Of a stretch of 64,000 nucleotides of DNA, positions 57,201-64,000 are shown one piece after another. Origin of the DNA: Podarcis melisellensis (taxonomy: Eukaryota); the NCBI GenBank assembly GCA_964234715.1, contig OZ174289.1; one strand, written 5' to 3'. A program made the translations under genes and the position numbers. Each line of letters opens with the position of its first letter. The stretch's first letter is position 1. A model generated the notes under the pieces. The model searched no databases, was not told where the DNA came from, and was given only the letters and a program-made list of their open reading frames with translations.

Positions 57201-60200
57201 CTTGTACCTCTGGCCCCACCCATCAATGATATGTGGCCCCCTGTCTGGTTGCCCAGAAGAGAATGTGGTCCTCAGGCAGAAAAAAGGTCCTTCATCAACT
57301 CTGCCCAAGAGATCTGGTGTGCAAGCCTCAGAATTTGGGCTACCAAACTGGAGTGCCTCAACCGATATATTCCTAAATATATGTTCATTTTACAGATTGG
57401 TCAACAAGTCTCCTGTGACCTTCCAAACCACACCAGGATGATAGGATACCTACTTCCTCCCATTTCCTGGCACAGAACGTCTTGATAGTATCTTCAACAG
57501 TGGCCAGTGGCTGAGTTTCAGTCAAGTTCAGGAAATTGAAGGTATAGTAATAGGCAGAAAAAGCCTGAAATTTAAAATAAAACATGAACAGGTGAGTGAA
57601 GGACATCAAACCAACAATGGCTATAGAAGCCTGGGGAAGGGTGTAGACCAGTGGGAGAGCATCTGCTTTGCATGCAAAAGGTCCCATATTCATTCCTCAG
57701 CATCTCCAGGTAGGGCTAGGAGAGAACTAGATGGACCTATGTTCTTATTTAATTCAGCCCATTATTCAGAACCATGAGAACTAGGATCTTAGTTTATTTT
57801 TCAGCAGAAAGGCCATCACTCAATAGCAGAGCATCTGCTTTGCATGCAGAAGGTCCCTGGTTCAATCCCTGATGGCATCTCCAGGTAGAGCTGGAGAGAA
57901 CCCTGTTTGAAACCCTGGAGTTCCTCTCCCGGTCAGTCCAGCAAGATAGATGGACCAGTAATCTGACTCAATATAAAGCAGTTTTCTACTTTATTTTTTA
58001 CTTTAGCTAATAAACCGAAGGATGAGGTCCTTGAATAAAGTTTGCAACAAAATAAAATCAGATGATAAATCAGTAATGAAATTCATTTACAAGGCAGAAA
58101 AAGAGATAACAAAAAAAGAAATCAAAACTATGTTTCGGTGGAATAAACAAACAATAAACAAAAGTAATAAACATCCCAGTATTATTCAACTGATACATTG
58201 CATTTGCAAGGCTGTAGACAGGATTTGTGTTATGGGGGGGCAGGACACCCACCTGTCAGCATCCTCTATCTGGCTCTTTCTAGCAGATTTGGAATGAAAT
58301 GCATCAGCTGTTTTAAATTACTTTCTTTTGACCCAAAGCATTCAGAAAAATCTCACAATTTCTACTTTAACTTAAGTATTTTTATTTATTTACTTTATTG
58401 GGGGGGCAGCTGCCCCCCTGGCTACGCCTATATGCATTTGGACTATTACAAACACAGACACACAGAGGAACATCCCTATTCCCAACTTTTTAGCATGAAT
58501 TAGCGTGCTCTCGTACCAGAAATTTCCCGTTGACCTTAGGCTGGTAGACCCCATTGAAACCACAGGAGTCATTATATTTGCAGTTTTTTGAGAAGTTGAA
58601 AATACTCTTGAAGGTTTCCCGGCAAAGGGTGGCATTGCCTGTGCCCACCAGAGTAAAGTTCTTCGAGGCTGGAGGTGGCTTTGATTGCTTGGCACATGGA
58701 CTGCTATAGACAGACGCAGTTGTAAAGGATGAAATGTAGCCTTCTGGGTAGCAAGGGTGATCGACCCGATCTAATGAGCTTGAATCCTGGAGGCAAGAAC
58801 CACAGAGTGAAACCGTAGTCCAGATGTACCTTCATAAGAACATAAGGAGAGGCTTGCAGGATTGGGCCAATGGCACGAGTCCAGAATCCTGCTCTCACAG
58901 TGGACAACCAGATGCACCAATGGGAAGCCCAAAGACCTGAGCTCAATAGTGCTGTGCAATTCCTAGCAAATGACATTCAGAGGCATACAGTGGAAGTGGA
59001 ACATATAGCCTTATCCTCCTCTATGGATTGGTCTAATCCTCTTCGGAAGTCATTGAAGTTGGCGGGTGTTATGTACTGAAGTTCTCACCCTGGGCCAGCA
59101 GAGGGATACTGTAGATAGTTATGCAAATAAGGGATCGAAAGTGACGTTCAGTGATTGGATAGTTTTAGAAAATTGTTACAGTTATGTTGTACTGGAGCTC
59201 TATATAAGCAGGCTGACTGAACACTTCAGTTCAGTTCTGTCCTGGCCTGTGAATAAACAAGAGCTGTTTGAAGAATCGCTGTGTCGTCTTATATGTTCAC
59301 CCACAACTTAATAGTTGCCATCATTACTTCCTGGAGGAATGGAATGATCCCTATTTCCCATTCATGGAGTTACATTTCCCAGAGTGGTTTAGCAATCGAA
59401 GAGGGAACTCTGGGAATGGTATATCTAAGAGGGGAATAGGGGATCTCCTAACATCTCTCAGACCCTTAGTAAAGCACACATCCCAGGATCTTCTGGGGAA
59501 ACCATGAGTTTTTAAAGTGGTATGATACTGTTTTAAGCGTGTAGCACAGATGAGGCTAATGTGGTTGAAAACAAATCAATCCTACTCCTGCAAACAAGAC
59601 AATTAGAGTTGGGATAAACCTTAAGTTTACCTACAACCTGTTAATTATACCTTTTCATTTGCATTTGTTATCCGAAATTATTTTTAATAGCTTCATAAAA
59701 CCTTACAAAGCAAATCAAAGAATATAATTATTGGGGGGGGGGTACAATTTAAAAACGATTTATCATTTTTTGATTTTTTAATAATAATAAAAATAAAAAT
59801 CTTTACAATTACCACTCCCCCCAGCTTAAAATGTAAACAGAATTAAATCAATGAATCAATGATAAATTAAAACCAGATTAAACACAAGCCAACATTCTAA
59901 AAATCTGGGTAAAGGTAAAGGGACCCCTGACCATTAGGTCCAGTTGTGACCGACTCTGGGGTTGCGGCGCTCATCTCGCTTTATTGGCCGAGGGAGCCGG
60001 CATACAGCTTCCAGGTCATGTGGCCAGCATGACTAAGCCACTTCTGGCGAACCAGAGCAGCACACGGAAACGCCGTTTACCTTCCCGCCAGAGCGGTACC
60101 TATTTATCTACTTGCACTTTGACGTGCTTTCGAACTGCTAGGTTGGCAGGAGCAGGGACTGAGCAACGGGAGTTCACCCCATCGCGGGGATTCGAACCGC

Positions 60201-62773
60201 TGACCTTCTGATCGGCAAGTCTTAGGCTCTGTGGTTATAGCGCCACCCGCGTCCCAAAAAAGTCTGGATAGGCTTGCCTAAATAAGTATGGTTTTATAAG
60301 GCACTGAAAAGAGTACATACAATGAAGGTGCCTGCTTTTTAAGTTTCTTTAAGAACATCTAAAAACCACACTGTGCATGAAATTCTTTAAGGTTTGATCC
60401 CTATTTTTGTTTTATTGTAGCCCAGATCAGGGATTTGCAAACTGTGGTCTGTGAGCATTGTTCAGGTGGTCTGTCGCACATTCATGTTCAATATTAATAC
60501 TGATTTAAAGTGTATTTTTATTGCTTATTTTAGTTCGATTTTAATCCAATGCAACAAACTGTAATACAATAAAATAAAATATGTAAGAAATAAAAGTAGC
60601 AATAAAAATACCGTTAAAAGTCATACAGCACATTTCAATGGGTACAACAGGTAGAAAAATCATTAAGTGGTCTGCCAAGAATCTCAGGAGATGTCAAGGG
60701 GTTTGTAGATGATATTCCTAGATGATATTCCTGTCCCTTTCAGTTAACACCTCTCACCACCGGCCAAGTCTCTCTGCCCAGGGCTAGCTTCTGAATGGCA
60801 ACGGGTGACTTACGATTATAATCCGGGTCAGGTGCTGGAGGGCTTGGTTCTGACCATAGCACAGGTAGCTGTGGGTATAGATGGTGTAATCAAACCCATA
60901 GAGTCGGAAGTGAGCGGCTTCGTTTGGATCAGTGATCTTGCCAGCTGGAACAAAACTAATCTGGGTCGATGCCCCTCCGAGATCCAATGCGCCCAATATA
61001 TTGGTTGAAGTGGGGTGAATCCATTCTCTGTCTTTAGCAGAATACTGCAGAGATACCACAACAGGTTAGCACTTGTGGGGCCTGGCAAGGGGAAGATCAT
61101 TTAGAGATCTACCTGATTTTAGGACTGAGCTCCTTCCCACTTTTGAAAAAACAATCTTCCCACCTCTGCATTTATTCTGGTTAGCGTTTCCTAATGCTCT
61201 ATGGCCTTGTTCAGACACAATGTTGAACCATGATTTAACAACCATAGTTTGATAAACCATGGTTTAGCATTACGTGAGAACCGGGTCCAGTGGTTTAACT
61301 GGAGTTTATTAACTATGGTCTTTTGACTAGACAAGGGTAAGCTCTTAAAGACCTTTCAAAACAAACATACCTGATTAGTTTACTATACATACCCCAGAAA
61401 CCCTCAGCACAAAAGTCTGGGGTTGATGGGATTGGAACTCCAGCAACATCTGGAGGGCCTACAGAGTCCCCATACGAGAGGCAGGCCTTTGATCTGATCC
61501 ACCAGGGCTTGCATTCTTAAATTGGCCCACATCAAATGGCTGGATGTTCCCCTTTAATCAGCTGGTGGATATCTGCCATCTTGACAATGTCCCACTACTC
61601 AACTGTTATTGGCTCCTTAGAGCAGAGGTTTTCAACTTTTTTGAGTCCACGGCTCCCTTGACCAACCACATTCTTTCTGCAACACCCCTGTGGGGCTCAA
61701 GAGCCCAAGTATGTCACCCCTTGCCTGTAGAGCTGGCAACCTCTCACCCCTTTTCGAACACCCTCCCTTGTAGAGTGTTCCCTTAGCCTCCTCTCCCATC
61801 TCCTTGGGAGTCCTCTGGGCAGCAGCTGCTGCCATCCCTCGTCTCTGTTCTGTCCCGCACCCTTGCCTGCGGAGCTTAAAGACAGGGCTGCTGCAATAAG
61901 CAGCTGTGCAAGCCTCTGGGAGGCAGAGACACGAGAGGGAAAGAAAGAGGGACAGAGGCTAGGGTTGCCCACGCCACCCCTGATCATCATTCAGGGCACC
62001 CAGGGTGCCACGGCACACTGGTTGGAAACCACCGACTTAGAGAAATGGGCAGGGCCAGAAGCAATATTTAAGCAACAGTAGCCGTGGCAGGCACAGAGAA
62101 TGTAGTAGCTCATGGTGGAATAGGATCTTTCAAGCCAGCATCATGATGATAAAGAATTATATTTGTGTCCCACCCTAGCTAAAGGGAGCTTGAGCTAGTG
62201 CAAATCCTTTTATCCTTAATATAACCCTGTAAGCTTATGTGAGAGTGTGTGACTGGCCCAAGATCAGCTTCATGAGCTGAGGAAGGGTTCAAACCCAGCT
62301 CTTCCTAGTTCTAATTAGATGCTCCAGCGTCTAGCCCACAAGTAGCCAAAATAGTGACCTCCAGATGTTGTTGGATTTCCACCAGCCCCAGCCAACATAG
62401 CCAATGGTCAGGAATGATTGGAGAGCACAACAGTATTTGGAGTTCACAACATAGCTTATCCTTATTGGGTTCCTATCAGAACCAACCAGCATGGCCAGGG
62501 AAGATGGCAGCTGTACTCCAGAAATATCTAGCTTATTCTTGTTCTAGCCCTGGAACAATATGCCTGATCTATGCATCCTAAACCTGTTCATAGTCTTGTA
62601 GAATCAGCCCCACCTTGGTGAAGGAGTCCAACAGATAGTTGATGGTGATCCAGCCGTAAGCACCTTCGTCCTCTCCACTGATGATCTGAGCGCCTCGGAA
62701 ACTCACAGGATACTGCTTGATAGTCTTGCCAACTTCTTCCAGAACTTGTTTTGATGCAGACTCATTCTCCATT
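54089..62773 (-). CDS. ENTPD8: Ectonucleoside triphosphate diphosphohydrolase 8, 5'-partial; complement(join(54089..54271,55803..55940,57454..57564,58517..58786,60814..61044,62614..62773))
   Basis: Apyrase conserved regions ACR3 ([16 protein letters not shown]), ACR4 ([14 protein letters not shown]) and ACR5 (GWTLGYML); C-terminal TM; convergent with NOXA1. ACR1/2 exons lie beyond the window. Confidence 0.88.
54751..55477 (+). mobile_element. 5'-truncated L1-clade LINE in the last ENTPD8 intron
   Basis: ORF2 remnant (FYHM.W.C..; KKPEAFLLG); 17-bp TSD TTAAACTCTGTTGCTGG. Confidence 0.87.
55803..55940 (-). CDS. ENTPD8: ENTPD8 exon
   Basis: [21 protein letters not shown]...WNNIAF. Confidence 0.92.
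56730..56973 (-). mobile_element. tRNA-headed SINE (Squam3-like)
   Basis: Reverse copy with (GAA)n tail on +. Confidence 0.8.
57454..57564 (-). CDS. ENTPD8: ENTPD8 exon
   Basis: [14 protein letters not shown]...FCARKWEE. Confidence 0.92.
58517..58786 (-). CDS. ENTPD8: ENTPD8 exon
   Basis: DHPCYPEGY...GTGNATLC...[16 protein letters not shown]. Confidence 0.92.
59067..59313 (+). mobile_element. Solo LTR (Gypsy/ERV type)
   Basis: TGTTA...TAATA termini; octamer, CCAAT, TATATAA, then AATAAA in U3-R-U5 order. Confidence 0.72.
59908..60255 (-). mobile_element. Sauria SINE
   Basis: Same body, ending CGCCACCCGCGTCCC (tRNA-like head on - strand). Confidence 0.88.
60814..61044 (-). CDS. ENTPD8: ENTPD8 exon (ACR4)
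   Basis: [15 protein letters not shown]...YTHSYLCYG. Confidence 0.93.
61623..62034. mobile_element. hAT MITE
   Basis: CAGAGGTTTTCAAC...GTTGGAAACCACCG; TSD CCTTAGAG/ACTTAGAG. Confidence 0.78.
62614..62773 (-). CDS. ENTPD8: ENTPD8 exon (ACR3)
   Basis: [24 protein letters not shown]; ctacag| ... |gtgggg. Confidence 0.92.
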
Positions 62774-63089
62774 CTGTAGGGTAATTTGCCAAGAAGAACT
62801 GTGAATTTGGAAGCATGAGGCTAATTTGGAGTTTGGGGTTCTTTTGTTTTATTTATTTACTGGCAGCTTTGTACCCAGCATTGCTCAGGTATTCTAAGAA
62901 ACCCAAATACTGGTGTGGTTTTGAAAGGTTCAGTCTGCCATCTTGAAGCAAAATTGTGTCCAATTGTAATCAAATGCAGAAGTGCTCATTCACTGATCTC
63001 AGGAACCATCGTCCAAAATTTGGTTACACTATCTTAAGAGTTGTCCAAATGCACAGAGTACCGACAGGCAAACAACTTTTCAAATTAAG

Positions 63090-63091
<2 letters not shown>

Positions 63092-63127
<36 letters not shown>
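63092..63127. repeat. (GT)n microsatellite
   Basis: Direct. Confidence 0.95.
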
Positions 63128-63131
<4 letters not shown>

Positions 63132-64000
63132 TAAAAAAATATACTGCTTAATATAGTAATCAATCAATCAATCAATCAATCAATCTCAATGTGTTTTATA
63201 AAAAATGCAAACAACATTCAACAGAATTTACTTAAAGCTAGATTTTTTTAAAAAGTACATCTGTATATCCAAATAAAACTGAGTAGTGTAGAAACTAGAA
63301 GATTGAAAATGAAAGGTTGCAGCCAATGTAATGTAGGACCATTGAAATTAGTCATGTCCCAGAGTTCCCTGGGAAGAGGGGTTGATTGTAAAAAAACCAC
63401 TTGGTGAATTGTAGCTCTGAGGGGGGGGAGGGGGTCTCCTAGCAACTCTTAGCATCCTGAACAAACTACACTTCTTTTGGAGACACATTAAACAGTCATG
63501 TGTCTCCACATGTCGTATGCTTTAAATGTGCAGTGAAGCTGGATCCTGAGTTGCTCTACTAACTTTAGATGGATTGATGACAACATTGCAAGAAATTGAT
63601 GGAGGACAGAAGAGCTATTCACGGTGGCTGAAAGGAACATCCAGAGCTAGGGACACTCTACCTTTGAATAGACTGCTCAGCACCCTGAACAAACTACAGT
63701 CCCTATGACTGTTTAACATAGTATGATATAGCTTTGAATGAATAGTGTAGATGGGGCCTAACATAGGCTCTTTAATGTGAATGGTTCTACTCTGCGTAGG
63801 ACTCACATTGGATACTACTACTATAGTGTTATGAATTTGTGGATGCTAGACCACTATGTTCTCTGGACTGAGCATGTGGCAGAATTTAATCAATGCTTGG
63901 AGTGTCGAAATAGTCAGACCCATGTGTATTAGGTTGTGCGCTAGAAACTTATAGTCTCCCTGACCTTGTGTATTATTAAGCTGTGCAGGAGATATTTCTA

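Noticed and set aside
54089-62773. Calling this gene ENTPD1/2/3
   Set aside because: Convergent adjacency to NOXA1 and the very short cytosolic tail fit ENTPD8; an ENTPD8 tandem duplicate cannot be excluded from this window alone.

Overview
Vertebrate genomic DNA, most likely a squamate (lacertid-type lizard), judged from Sauria/Squam-type SINEs, BovB, L1/L2/CR1 fragments and hAT/Tc1-mariner MITEs. Three spliced protein-coding genes were reconstructed exon by exon, with GT-AG junctions and consistent phases. (1) A discoidin-domain receptor tyrosine kinase on + (16 coding exons, 8161-31145, ~879 aa; the 5' end of coding exon 2 falls in a 134-N gap). It is DDR2-like but matches neither DDR1 nor DDR2 closely, and its position beside NOXA1 suggests the third vertebrate DDR ohnolog (ddr2l/'DDR3') that humans lack. 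(2) NOXA1 on + (12 coding exons, 38607-50908, ~446 aa). (3) The last six coding exons of ENTPD8 on - (62773-54089), tail-to-tail with NOXA1 as in mammals. Most ORFs in the supplied track are spurious or contain single exons. Main leads: the apparently intact extra collagen-receptor kinase with an NPxY motif; a NOXA1 PB1 domain that keeps the p40phox-binding lysine; L1 insertions right next to splice acceptors; two perfect ARE motifs in NOXA1 introns; decayed Penelope hammerhead cores in the probable DDR 3'UTR; and a solo LTR with an intact promoter layout antisense to ENTPD8.
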